A DNA stretch of 63,812 nucleotides, filler included, from Folioceros fuciformis (GCA_049999805.1; 4 parts of 4 records of this genome joined end to end with filler, not necessarily neighbours in it); one strand, 5' to 3'. Positions 13,457 to 26,925 are shown, numbered from the whole stretch's first letter. A program made the numbers and translations. The notes: a model not told the origin generated them from the sequence alone.

Positions 13457-13969
13457 ATGATGAGGACTATGGCGGTCCACGACCGGGGCCCCTCCCCCGC
13501 GGTCGACTTGCTGCTGCTGATCATCGTGCTCACGGCGGTAACGGTACGTTGGTTCGTGGAACGCGAGCCCGATGTGGTTTCTACGATCCGGAGCTTGGGA
13601 TCAATGACGTTTCTGCTGCCGGTACTACTTCTTGGCGCCATCTACTACTTCAGCCAGCCACCCGGGAGCTCGCAATACTACTACAACAACGGGCAGTACC
13701 CTCAGCAGCTGCACCAATACCCCACAGCACAGCCTTACCACCAGGGATGGGGTCGCCAGGGTCCCTCCTGGCTCTCTCAAGCCTCCTCCTGGCTCCCTTC
13801 CTCCTACAAGTACCGGGGTCGTGGCTGGGGCTCCTCCTGGTTGCCGGCCTCCTCCTTCGAGCTGGGAACTATGCTCTACGGGCTTGCTTTCGTGGTCATG
13901 GCCGCTATGGTGTTCGGCTCGCTTGCATCCGCCTGGCAGGGTGGCGGCTCATCTCAGTCCCGGTCTTGA
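13457..13969 (+). CDS. Small intronless multi-pass membrane protein (170 aa) with a Q/Y/G/S/W-rich loop; possible in-frame extension to 14143
   Basis: Three hydrophobic segments (LLLLIIVLTAVTV; MTFLLPVLLLGAIYYF; MLYGLAFVVMAAMVFG) and GC3-rich codon usage like the neighbouring genes. Family not securely recognised. Confidence 0.7.
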   Translation: MMRTMAVHDRGPSPAVDLLLLIIVLTAVTVRWFVEREPDVVSTIRSLGSMTFLLPVLLLGAIYYFSQPPGSSQYYYNNGQYPQQLHQYPTAQPYHQGWGRQGPSWLSQASSWLPSSYKYRGRGWGSSWLPASSFELGTMLYGLAFVVMAAMVFGSLASAWQGGGSSQSRS

Positions 13970-14302
13970 CTAGGGGACGTGGCCGCTGCCGGCTCCAATG
14001 CGGCGGCCGACACGCTGTCTTCTGCGCTGCGAGGGCTGCTTGTCTTGCTGGACGGCATCGTCTCCACTCTTGTGGGCACAGTGACCCGGCTGATCTCCGG
14101 ATTTTTCAAGCTGCTGTGGGCCTTGACAGTCAGACGCAGATGACATTTTTAGTGTCAACTGTTGTAAATATGCACACACTTGCAAACCAAACAACACTTC
14201 ACTGTCAACTTGTGTTTTTCCTGTTGTGTCCGTCCTGCGTTGTCCGCCACTCCTCTCCGAAGGCGCTCTCACCTGGCCTATGCTCGCCACACCCGTGGCA
14301 TC

Positions 14303-17300
14303 ATGGACTCAAGCAGTGCATGTCAAGTGATTCACGTCTGGTCAGGGCCCCGATCGCTTAGCACCAGTCTCATGTACTCCTTCGCACAGGTGGGATCTGG
14401 TTCTGTATCTTCGTTGGCGTCAGAAAAATTGCACACCCTAGTGTGCACCGGTTGATCCTCACGGAATCTTCTATCTGGATTTGCTGATGTGATCGCATCT
14501 CTAAAACGCTCTGCAGAGAGATGATACAGAAGTCGTGGATGAGCCTTTGTATGCCCACTACCTTCGGGTGACTGGTGTGCAGAGACCATACAGAGAGCAA
14601 TTGTTGGCTACCATGGTGGGTAAACGCAGCTGGCATGAATCATGGCACTATTACTGGTGCTTCACGTTTAGCAGACAAGGGTATGCAACACCATATCAGC
14701 TGTGGGACGTGTGTGTGCAGGAAACAGATGGTGAACAAGTAGTTCATGACCTCGTCCATGGGCCGTGCAAGAAAAAAAACAGGTTCTGCAAGGTGTGAAA
14801 CATCATGCACAACACCTTGCATGATGTTGTGTCTTGGGAGTACTTCTCCACAGCTGCAGCGAACTTTGTGCTACATGTTTGATCCAGGCACGTCTTTGAT
14901 GGCTTTGTAGCATATGGCGAAGCAGTGGACACCCGATCTGCCAAAGGATTTATTGGAGGGCTTGCATGTTGTGCTAATCAGGAATCCAGTAGACTCTCTT
15001 GTGAGTATGTTACGGCCCGTTCCTCGGTCATCATGAGAGGTCACTGAGTAACGGGCAAACTCTGGTTGCTGTTTAACAGCCCTCCTTCGATGAGGTCGTG
15101 CCCGTGTCGTTTGGAGAATTGGAGTTGGGGCAATTGCTGTCCATATTCACAAAGCTTCGCGAGCAAGGTCGCCCCCCTCCTGTTGTAGATGCAACTTCTC
15201 TACAGATCAATCCCGAGGTTTGTCTGTGAGCCGAGAGTGGACTGGTATAAGCTGTTACTGCAACCATACAAGCGTGTTCCTACAAACTTGACGCATACTT
15301 CCCCTACAGGGTACTCTGAGGTCACTGTGTTCCGCCTTGAAGATCTCATTTCAACCTTCGATGCTCAAGTTGGATTCTTACCCATCCATGATTCTAGCTC
15401 AAGTACTTACTGGTTATCCCTATAGAAAGGGTCACTGGCTACAACTGTCTTACAGATGGCAAGCTGGAGGTAGACAAGAAGATGGCATTTGGGCACCGTG
15501 GTGGTACAACACTGTGCACAAATCTACAGGGTTTGAAACTCCTAAACTTCCAGCGAAGGTTTGGCTCGCATCACGGCACGCTAGCGTAACAGTTTTGTCA
15601 ACCCCTTTCAACACTTACCGGTGGTTGCATATGTGTCCATGTCAGCCATTTCCGGCCAATCTGTACGATTTGTTAGAGGATTGCCAGCCTTTTTACAACA
15701 TGTTGAAACGTCATGCGCTGCAACCAGCTGATTCGATCCCGCTACCGTCTCTTCCTGTGCCTGCAAATAACCACATACTGGTGTGGGTGGACGATCAGCT
15801 CGTACCTCGTGATGCAGCAAAGGTACATGTCCTGCCAATTCTCATTGGTACTTCCCAACCTTGGTCAGCTTCTTTTGATTAGGTTTGCACTTCAGTGCAG
15901 GTATCCGTGTTTGACTCTATCGTTCAAGGAGGAGATGGTGTGTGGGAAGGGCTTAGAGTGTACAATGGCCGAATTTTCAAGCTGGACCAACATTTGAGCA
16001 GGTACTCATGCACAACAAGTACCTCTGAGAGTTGCTTCCAGTTCTCCCTCCCTACTAATATGACAGGGCAACGGCGTTCTGCAGACTGTTTGATTCAGCG
16101 AAGGCTTTGTTCTTCGCTGACATCCCAAGTTATAAACAGGTCAGTAGTTGTTGAGAGTTACTCGAGGAGAGTGATAGTGGCCTTGGCTGCAAAGCGGGTG
16201 AAGGTGTGTTGACTCTAGGACGTTGTAGGTAACGAACGCTATCTTCACAACGTTGATTGCCAACGGTATGCAAGACAATGCTCACATTCGTCTCACCCTC
16301 ACCAGAGGTAAAAAGGTATCTCATCATCCGCCACGATTGTACTTTCATGTAGTCATTTGCTACTTAAAGTGTACAATACTTGTGTCTGGAGCCTCCCGTA
16401 TGACGCTCTAAGAGTATGCACTGCGATGAAATCCAGGTGACATCTGGTATGAGTCCTTCATTCAACAGATATGGATGCACCCTCATAGGTATGGTTAACC
16501 TCTAGAGGGGAGCTATTTGGCTAGTAGACACACTTCTAAAAGTAGCTGAGTCTGTGGTTGTTAGCAGAATGGTACTGAGTGAGCGTTGCACATGCTTGCA
16601 GTCCTGGCAGAGTGGAAGCCACCTGTGTACGACAACTCGACCGGAATACGCCTAACTACTGCTTCAACGCGTCGTAATTCTCCCAATGTACTCATGCTTT
16701 TCCGTCAAGCTCAGTTCATGCGCTACCACAGCAAAATAAAATACCTTACGGTTGTGCAGTGACATCTGACTCTCCGGTTTTGAATCTTGCTGCAGTGCCT
16801 GGACTCAAAAATACATCACAATAATCTTATCAACAACATCCTCGCGAAGGTTATTGCTCTTTTTCACCTTCACAGGCTGTATCCTTTTCCACGTTCCGGC
16901 TCCTCATTTTGTTAAGACCAGCACAGGTGGAAGGCAACTTACGAGGAGCGGACGACGCCATCATGCTGGACTGTGATGGTTTTGTCTCTGAAACTAATGC
17001 TACCAATATCGTAAGAGGTCTTGTTTTCTTCTTTGTTTGAAATGGTTTCTGTGAATTGTGAGGGTCAACTGACATGTGTGCTTAACCGATGGAGCAAGTT
17101 CATGGTGAAGAGAGGGACAGTGTTAACTCCCCACGCCGATTATTGTCTCCCGGGGATAACACGTGCTACAGTACTAGCCCATCCACAACAACTCATGTCA
17201 GGCTGTTGAGCTGTAACTTTGTTTTCATTGTTCTAACAGCATTGTATCTGCCTACAGATCATTGACATAGTCAAAAGGGAAAAGATTGCTTTCATAGAGC

Positions 17301-17658
17301 GGCGAATCAGCCTATCTGAGTTCCATACGGCCGATGAGGTGTGTTTTCCTCTCTTCTGAAAATTCAGCATATTTTATCGTGGTATGTGGCTCTGCACAAT
17401 TCGCCTCTTTCGTCGTGCAGGTTTGGACTACGGGAACGATGGGCGAAATCTCCCCAGTGAGTTCCCCCCGTCGAAGTGAGAGTTTGGGCTTGAGTTATGG
17501 TTTTTATGTGTTCTATGTCCTAATCACAGGCGATGCAGGTAGTTGAAATCGACGGGCGTGTCATTGGTAATCACAGTGTGGGACCGGTGACATCGTACAT
17601 CCAAGCTTGCTATGCTGCTTTGACCGACGCCGAAGGACAAGCAGTTGCCTTAACCTGA
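14303..17658 (+). CDS. Branched-chain amino acid aminotransferase-like protein (N-terminal P-loop/sulfotransferase-like domain fused to a class IV aminotransferase), many short exons
   Basis: IHVWSGPRSLSTSLMYSFAQ, DEPLYAHYL, DGIWAPWWY, VSVFDSIVQGGDGVWEGLRVY, LDSKIHHNNLINNILAK, ADYCLPGITRAT and VWTTGTMGE lie in GT-AG-bounded exons; stop TGA at 17656-17658. Confidence 0.93.
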
Positions 17659-17849
17659 GGATGCTACGGTGGCCAGCGGTCATTCACCCTTCCAGTTCGC
17701 GTGCTATGAACAAGCCTCCTGTTCTAGTCCATGTCATATTTTATCACTAATTGATTCAACTTCTCTTCATGCAACTCTTAATCGTGGAAGATGGTTTCTC
17801 ACGGAATGCCTACGTCCCATGCATACTCATCACTTTTTGTAGTTATTAA

Positions 17850-20467
17850 CTATGAACTAGTTCGGGGTCTTTTCGACAGGCCCGAACACCTGAGTGTTTG
17901 ATCGTATGGCAAATCCCCTTCTACCTCCCCCGCGAACGCAACCTTCTCTGCTAGATCAAAACTGATGCAGAGCATAGTCTGCAAACGAAGAAGACGGGTT
18001 ACAATTTCAGAGAACGGGTGGTTGCATTCAAACCAGGATGGCAGGATGGTCGTTGAGTACCTTGTTCGGCGCAACATCGCGGACAGTCCAGACAGACACC
18101 CGTAGTAAAGGGCCTTGCAAGGTAGTTTCTGCAAGCTGCTCATAACGATCGGATATAAGCGATCAAACAGAAAACTCGAGCACAACTTACCCAAGTTGTT
18201 CAATGGAATGACATGAAAGCTACCTCAATGACATCCGCTACTGTCTGGTTCGATCTTTTGAAGCAGTAGCAATGTACTCGTGGCAGAGAGCCCTTCCAGT
18301 GCTTTGCTGATAATAGTCCCATGAAAACATCTGCACAACTCTATTGGTTCAGTTAGGGCGGTCATGCCTCAAACAGCTGGCACCTCATACACAAACGTGT
18401 CAGGAGTTGTGTATACACAAGACCTAAGAATTCAAGAGCTGAAGCAGGCAGGTTCATGACGACGTGATCAAAATGCTCCCAAGGCTCGCAGGTGCTGCTG
18501 TCATGCACGAAGGGTGTTGTGCTCTTTCCCGTCTTCCGTCTTTTATCAGATGATGCTCCTTTATCTGAGGATTACGATATCCCAGACACACTAAAATTAA
18601 AGACTTCAAACGACAAGTGCCAGTCACTCGAACGCGAGAAAAGCGCAAGTTAATGGGTAGAAGCAAACCCTGGGGCCATACCTTTCTGTTGCTTTGTAAC
18701 CTCTGGATTGGTGCTGCTGGCTATCAGATCAGCAGTCAAACCTGCAGTGCCAGTAGAGTTTGCAACATTTTCAATGGATGGCGTCACATGTTCAGCCACA
18801 CTCAAGGGACCACATCCATCCTTCACATGTTCATCACTCTGATTCTCACCCCCATCCTCATCAATGGGGCAGTTCTCAGAGGAGTGAACCCGGTCAGTGC
18901 TTTTGACTATATGTCTTAGGAAGTGCCGGGCATCCATATTGAATGCATGCACTCGCCCTTCCACTTTATTGAGCTTGGCATTGACTCTAAGGTACTTGAC
19001 ACTAGATGGATTGAGATCATTCGCATATACAATGCACCCCCTTTGTGCGGCTGGGATCGCAAACGGTCCTACTCCTGCAAACATGTCACACACGACCTGC
19101 CCAGACTGGAAGAGACTGGCCAATCGCTTGTGCTCAAACTCTAGCCTGGAATTCCAATACACCAGGCCATAATCCAACCTGAATGTTGCTCCATGTTGCT
19201 TGACTTCAGTAACTAAACTCTTTGTTCCAGCCAGTACCTCAAATTCAGGTACTCGGAACTCATTGCTAATTGTCCCAACCTTGTTCACTACAGTTTTTAT
19301 CTTAGGCTGATTCTTCTGAAAGTCAATCAAAACAAAATAAGTGAGATAAGCACAGGTAGGACGAGCGATGGAGATACAGCAGATCAAGATAGACAGAAAC
19401 ATCCTCGGAGGGAAATTTTGCTGAGTCGTCACTCACATCCAGGAACACTTGGGCAATGATGTTGCGGTAAGGAAGAAGTTCATCCCGCAAATTCAGATGA
19501 GCTATGTGCCCTATTTGCCATGAGTAAAAAGAGTTAGCCCACAGCTAGCATGTGGCACAATCAGCCATGCTTCTTTCCGCTACTATGCAATTCATCTAAG
19601 ACTCTGATTGCTAGCTGGTTCAGATGGCAATTCTTACCAATACATTCAAAGGCTGAGGGCACTTCGCAGCCAGCTGGTAAAATATCCTTCAGGATGTGAT
19701 CTGAAAAACACACTTCCGCCATAAGAAGAGGCCGCTGCGCCTAGAGAACGAATACAATCATTCTGCTGACGACAGTCCTCACGTTCTTCAAATGCTTCGG
19801 AAGTATCTCAGGCATCAAGTTGTATGCACATGGGATCACACCTACAGGCCAGTACGAATAATCCAGCAGCACATCATGCGGAACAATGTCTATCTCCATA
19901 AACTCCTTCAATTGGATCAATTTTTTCTCTGGAAGATCTCGTAGACCTGAAAGAAATACGCCCAGACAAAACTCGTAGTCATGCACTCTTCGTCAGGTGG
20001 AGAACAACATTCTTGAACCAAGGAAAAGGAATTACCTATGCCCTCAGACAGTATGACACGACGAAGAGCCTGGTCAGTGGGGTCTTCAACAATATGCTTA
20101 ATCCTCGGCTTGTCCAATACATGTCTGCACACAGTGGAGATCGTAAGAGGCCAATCAGAGGCAGTCATCCTTTACTGAATGTCAAAATCCAAACCTAGTC
20201 AATATCCACAATGTACAGGGCTGCGTAGAGAAATGTAAGCTCGCCATTTCCAGAAAGAATCCGTTCAAGGTTAGTCTATCTGAATACACTGCTGTAAGAA
20301 GCACGGGCTATGGTACCGAAGCTCTCAAGACTTGCAACTTACTTGGACAAAATTTTGGCTGCCTCCTGAGAGAACCGCTTTGGAACCCGCAGGGCGTACA
20401 GATGCAGAAACGTATCGAACTTGGACTTATCCACCATAGCAACCAACTTTTGATCCAGCTCAACCAT
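17850..20467 (-). CDS. TRM5: tRNA (guanine(37)-N1)-methyltransferase TRM5 (Met-10+ family), multi-exon
   Basis: Motifs [61 protein letters not shown] and MLCISF. Start codon inferred. Confidence 0.92.
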
Positions 20468-21484
20468 CTGGCCCTGGTGCTCGAATGCGCACGTCTTGGC
20501 CTCGCACAAGTCCTTTGTGGATGCCAGCTGAAGCATCGTCAGGAAAATTCCTCTACGTTACGCAAAATCATCCCATCGCTACGGCCATAACTTGCCGAGT
20601 ATTTCGTACAGGGGTTCTGCACGGACTGTATCAAGGGAAGGTACCACGAGCCTAAGCGATCGCAGAAACGCCACCTCGACCAAATTAACAAAATATATAT
20701 ACAGCGCTGTGGTATCTGGCCCCCGCTGTGGAATCTGGCCCCGGTTATGGAATAATGATAAAGACACCACCGTATAGTATACGGCCCCGTATCTTAAAGC
20801 TAATGGACATTGACTAATGCTATCAGGGCGTCCCAACCCGGCCATCACCCGACAAACAAGATTTTCTAGGTTACATGGTACAGTCCATTCAACTTTAACG
20901 GAAGGCTATGTCTATCAACCATCATCCTACAACACCTCCGGAAAGGTAGGGGCTCTGCCAATAAATAGTGTGGCAAAAGTGGAGGCTGCCAATGGGGCGG
21001 AACGAGTTGCCTTCCCTGCCCATTTTGACTCCTTATGTGTTGGAGAAAACGTTTTGACTGCTTGTGTGTTGGAGGAAACCTTTGTGATAGGATGAAGATT
21101 GTGGTTGAGTTGCGGGCAGGTGTATCCCTGCACGAAGGTGGGGATAGAAGATGAACAAAATCATTAGGTTGTGACCAGGCTTCATATTAGTAATGACATT
21201 GTAGTGAAGTTCTAGTTTTGCAGCATAGAAAATGAGCAGAGAATGTAGGCAACTACATAGGCTTGTTGCAAACTTAGAGGAAAGCTAGCATGGTTGTTTG
21301 TGCAGTATAGTGTGGGTTGCAGCCATTGCAATACCCATGCCCCTATCCAACCTGATCACAAAGAATGAAACAGAGGAGCTTGATGGTGGGCAGACTGAAC
21401 AACCGTTTTGGTAGAATTATAACCGGAGGAACCTATGGAACTGCAAGGAGCACTAAACCAAACACACCTGTTCACATTGTGTTC

Positions 21485-21706
21485 CCAAGTTTGAGATTGA
21501 AGAGAATGCATCCTTCCTGCAAGATACTAGGTGTTGTGGCCCCAAATATGAGCTTGCAAGGTACCAGAAACTATGGCCCCAAGTCTGAGTTTGAGCCTGC
21601 AAGGTACCAGGAACTATGGCCCCAAGTTTGAGTTTGAGCCTACAAGGTACCATGAATTGTTGCCCCAAGTCTGAGATTGAAGAGAACACACCGTTCCTGC
21701 AAGGTA
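21485..21706. repeat. Tandem array of a ~43-bp unit (TGCAAGGTACCAGRAACTATGGCCCCAAGTYTGAGTTTGAGCC) with diverged flanking copies
   Basis: About 3 near-identical units from ~21556, plus longer variant units on both sides. Confidence 0.8.
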
Positions 21707-22976
21707 TGTGAGTGCCCTCACTTTGACCATTACCCTAAATCCTCAGAAAGGGATGAACAATTGCATAGCAAGACATGAAGGTCTTTCATGCCCCGTTGCA
21801 CTTGCGGTGTTATTGGCTACGGTAGATACAAAGGATCCTAGTGCACACCCGAAACCATCCCTCCGCAACACTTGTGGTGTTATTTCCTAAGGTAGATACA
21901 TCGGATGCTGGGGCCCACCCTCACTTGAAACCATCCATCCTTGCATGGATGCAAAGAATAGTCGTGCACAGGATGTAGGCGCCATCCTTTGCTCGTCGGG
22001 CACAAGGTGGAGGTGCCACCCTGGGCTCCCTGAGCTGTAGGGTGAAGTGTGGAAGAATGGTGGCATGAAGTCCAAGGCATGATGTGGGTAGAAAAAATAT
22101 AGCTTATGCATAGAGAAGCTTGTGTATGGAGAAGAAAGAAAGTTATAGACCAAAAAAGATTGTGAATGGAGAAGAAACAAAGTTATGGACCAGAATTCAT
22201 TGGCAAAACTTGTAATGTGGAGCCATGAAATTCGTATGTATGCAGAAAATAACGTAGAATATTCATGTAAAATATCGGATTGAAAAGAAAAACCTAATTG
22301 TGGATCGCATGTCTATATCGATATTCCTTATGGGTAGCTTTTGGTTGGGTTTTTTCTGTCTTTTTTATGGAGTAAATAATCTTTAATAAAATATTTATTT
22401 TTCATTAAAAATAGATATGGATATGTTTCTGTTTCTTCTTAAAGATAAACGACATGGAGATAAAGGGAGAGTATGCTGTAGGTGAGCGTGTGCTCACCTG
22501 GATAGGGACAGGAAAAGACAGAAAGATGTGTCATGCATGGAGTTGCTCATTCAGACATGGCATGGCAGTGTAGAATTGAAATGAAAATCAGCGCGAGTTG
22601 AGCTTCCCGCCCACATGACCAGGGTTGGAGTTTATTATAGAGGTTGGTTACTTCAGGTGCTCGTCTTCACCTACGGAACCGGTCCTACAGTACCGTTGGA
22701 ACCGGTTGTTAAGGTTTTCGGACAGCCGGGCCCCAGCGTAACCTTCACTTCCCGCTTCCTCTGCTGCTGCTCTTCCGCTTCCGCGGCCTCCGATTGCGGC
22801 TTTTCCACTAGGCATTGGTCCGCATGTCCCTCGTCTGCATTGCTGCCCCAGCCTTGTTCTTGGTGCCGGCGCTGGATTGCATTGCGGCTTCCTCAATTGC
22901 ATTTGCGCCGCTGCTTGCGGCTCCTGGCCAGCTCTCTTGACTGCTCCTTCTTTGGACAGACGCCACACTTCTGGCA

Positions 22977-25452
22977 ATGGCGGCCGCTGCTGTGAGCGAT
23001 GGCCCGCCGGAGGGTGCAGTTGAGACCTTCGCCTTCCAGGCAGAAATTAACCAACTTCTGTCTCTTATCATCAACACCTTCTACAGCAACAAGGAAATCT
23101 TTTTGAGAGAGCTCATCAGCAACGCCTCCGACGTAAGGGAGGCGCAACTCCACTTCTCGCTCTTGTTTCCTTTCTGCAGTACCTGCGCCCGCTGTTCCAC
23201 GTCTGTTTCCTTTGGTTGACCTTAGGTTCTGCATTGTGACAGGCTCTGGATAAAATTCGATTTGAGAGCCTGACGGACAAAGGCAAGTTGGAGTCTCAGC
23301 CGGAGTTCTTCATCCACCTCGTTCCGGACAAGGCTAATGGCACGCTCACCATCATTGACAGTGGAATTGGAATGTGCAAAGCCGGTAGGACCGCCGTCCC
23401 CTTCAGTTGCCGGCCAGCTCTGTTCCACTACTTCCCGTAACTGTAACCATGGAGTTTGTGCGTGCTTTTCCTTGTCAGACCTTGTGGCCAATCTGGGAAC
23501 CATCGCCCGGTCCGGGACCAAGGAATTCATGGAGGCTTTGGCTGCTGGCGCCGACGTGAGCATGATCGGCCAATTTGGTGTGGGCTTTTACTCTGCGTAC
23601 CTTGTGGCTGAGAAGGTCATTGTTACGAGCAAGCACAACGACGACGAACAGTACATTTGGGAGTCTCAAGCTGGGGGCTCTTTCACCGTAACGAAGGACA
23701 CGACTGGGGAGGTTCTTGGAAGAGGAACCAAGATAACATTGCATCTAAAAGAAGATCAGGTGGATAGCCTTCACACTCCACATTTGTTTCTACTCCTCCA
23801 GATGCGAAGCAACAATCTGCAGGCTCGTGTGCTCCCTTCGCTCGTTGCTAACATGTCTTGTCTGTTTGAAGCTGGAATACCTGGAAGAACGGCGCTTGAA
23901 GGACTTGATCAAGAAGCATTCCGAGTTCATCAGCTACCCTATCTCCCTGTGGGTGGAGAAGACCACCGAAAAGGAAATTTCAGATGATGAGGCCGAGGAA
24001 GATAAGAAAGAGGACGCGGAAAAGAAAGAAGAGGAAGGCAAAGTTGAAGATGTTGACGAAGACAAGGAGCGGGAGCGGGAGCAGAAGAAAAAGAAAAAAG
24101 TGACGGAAGTGTCACATGAGTGGAACCTGGTAAATAAGCAGAAGCCTATCTGGATGAGGAAACCCGAGGATATCACTAAGGAAGAGTACGGAGCGTTTTA
24201 CAAGAGTCTGACCAATGACTGGGACGATCATCTTGCGGTGAAGCACTTCTCGGTTGAAGGGCAGCTGGAGTTCAAGGCAGTGCTTTTCGTGCCAAAGAGA
24301 GCGCCATTCGATCTATTTGACAGCCGGAAGAAACTGAACAATATCAAGCTGTACGTCCGCCGAGTGTTCATTATGGACAACTGTGAGGACATCATGCCGG
24401 AGTTCTTAGCTTTCGTCAAGGGTGTGGTGGACTCCGAAGATCTTCCTCTGAATATCAGTCGAGAGATGCTGCAGCAGAACAAGATTTTGAAGGTTATCAG
24501 GAAGAACCTTGTGAAAAAATGTCTGGAAATGTTTTTCGAGATTGCTGAGAACAAGGAGGACTACGACAAATTCTACGAATCGTATTCTAAGAACTTGAAG
24601 CTGGGTATCCATGAGGACAGCCAGAACAGAGCTAAGTTATCCGATTTGCTGCGATATCACTCCACCAAGAGCGGGGAGGGCATGACCAGCCTTAAAGATT
24701 ATGTCACTAGAATGAAGGAGGGACAAAACGAGATCTATTATATCACTGGAGAGAGCAAGAAGGCTGTTGAGAACTCTCCCTTTATTGAGAGGTTAAAGAA
24801 AAAGGGTTACGAAGTGCTGTTTATGGTTGATGCAATCGATGAGTATGCCGTGGGGCAGCTCAAAGAATACGATGGTAAGAAGCTCGTGTCTGCCACAAAA
24901 GAAGGCCTCAAGCTGGATGAGACTGACGAAGAGAAGAAAGCCAAGGAGGAGAAGAAAGCCCAGTTTGAGATATTATGCAAGACAATGAAAGATATTTTGG
25001 GTGACAAAGTCGAGAAAGTTGTTGTGTCAGATCGTATTGTGGACTCGCCTTGCTGCCTGGTCACCGGAGAATATGGGTGGACCGCTAATATGGAACGCAT
25101 TATGAAAGCCCAGGCGTTGAGGGACAATGGAATGTCTGGCTACATGTCCAGCAAGAAGACAATGGAGATCAATCCTAACAACTCCATCATGGAAGAACTG
25201 CGGAAACGTGCTGATGCTGACAAAAACGACAAGTCTGTCAAGGATCTTGTACTGCTGCTGTTCGAGACAGCTCTGTTGACATCTGGGTTCAGCTTGGATG
25301 AACCTAACACTTTTGGCGGGCGGATTCACCGCATGCTCAAGCTTGGGCTTAGCATCGACGAGGAGTCCTTTGCGGGGGATGCCGATGCGGACATGCCCGC
25401 TCTGGAAGAGGATGCGGATGCCGAAGGCAGCAAGATGGAGGAAGTCGACTAG
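22977..25452 (+). CDS. HSP90: Cytosolic heat shock protein 90; exons 22977-23132, 23243-23384, 23479-23759, 23872-25452
   Basis: [62 protein letters not shown] and C-terminal MEEVD. Confidence 0.98.
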
Positions 25453-26825
25453 ATGACGTGAATGGTGGAAATTGGCCCATTTTGTAGCTTGCTACCGGTA
25501 GTGATGACTGCTGGTGCGAGGGGTTGGGTGTGTCCTCCTTAGGTGGGCAGTGCATGGTGGACTAAACACCTCCACGGGAGAGTTTAGGTGTTATTTCCGC
25601 GTTAGATCGCGACTGTGCATCATAACTCTGTTACCACATTTATTCCGAGCGCGGAAGGTGTATGTCAGTGTTTTCGATTCAGGGAACCGTTTCGCATGGG
25701 TTCACTGGCGTTTCAGCGTTGTGGGGTTAGAATGCATACATCTAAGCTGCAACGTATGGGTGGTTAATTCTATCGAGTACTTAATCTTTCTTTTTAAAAT
25801 TAATATAATAATTAATAATATTTTATATCTTGAATATATATCAAAGGAATATCCAAAAAAGAGAAATAAGATGACAAATCTGGCCAAACTATGGAATACC
25901 GGACATAGGGGCCTCCAGGTTTTTTTTTTCAAGTTTGTTTTTTTTCACTTGTCGATTGCGGTATATAGAGTACTGGACCCAAGTGAGCTGCCAGTTGTGA
26001 TCAGCCCTTTCGTAAAGAGCGGTGTCCGGCCCAGTCTCCCAAGTGACTGGTTTGTAACATTGTCTCAAACCCTGGCTCTGCGGACTGCTAACCGAAGACT
26101 TGCTTGTGTTCCCGCTTCGGGCAGTTGCTAGACCGTTACAATGTTTGGTAGCAGCCGCACCCTAGCGATCGTTTCCTAGCCGTCGCAAGGCAGTTAGGGC
26201 ACGCTCGTCTCCTCGCGATTTGCGGATGCCATAAACACTTCCTTGGGCCAGGGTTTTGGCACTTGAGTTGTGTTCTCGTCGCTGCACTGCCGCTGGAGTC
26301 TGCCTCTGCGTGACCTAGTTGTCGGAAGGAAGGGTCTTCCCCCTCCGCTTGGGCACCGAACCCTGTCTTCACGTAGCACCCCGCATTGCTGCTTTCATGC
26401 CGCTTTCACGCCTGCTTGATGTGAGCGCCGTCGTCGTCCCCGTGTTCTTGCGCGGTGCAGGACGTCGGGTTCTGTAGCACCGGCTAACTGCGATGCGATG
26501 GTTTTTGTCCCTGGCTTGCTTATTTGCACTCTCCTTCCTCGTGCATGTCTGACATATGTTTCAGTACTTGCCAACTGGAGATTTTGCAAGATGAAGGAGG
26601 CGAGTGGGCAGTTAGGGCCGCATGGCATGCAGTCGCTAACAATCACGAGCCCTACATCCTGAGCTGTGTTGCCTTCTCCCCTCCCCTCGCTGGGGTGCTC
26701 TTGTTTTCGCGTTGGTCTCTCCCACGTCCAGGGTTGCATTGTCTGGGAATTACGTTTATTTTCTTGAAAGGTTGGGTAGTCACGCTGGCTGTGGATGAGT
26801 ACTGACTCGTGGGTATGCTTGAGCC

Positions 26826-26925
26826 NNNNNNNNNNNNNNNNNNNNNNNNNNNNNNNNNNNNNNNNNNNNNNNNNNNNNNNNNNNNNNNNNNNNNNNNNNN
26901 NNNNNNNNNNNNNNNNNNNNNNNNN
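26826..26925. other. Assembly gap (100 N)
   Basis: Run of N. Confidence 0.99.

Noticed and set aside
13549-14361. 270-aa ORF overlapping the membrane-protein gene
   Set aside because: Alternative frame of GC-rich coding DNA with a non-ATG start and no motif.
20850-22100. Possible decayed retroelement (LINE ORF1-like) around the 43-bp repeat
   Set aside because: Only vague zinc-knuckle-like fragments; too degraded to call without a search.
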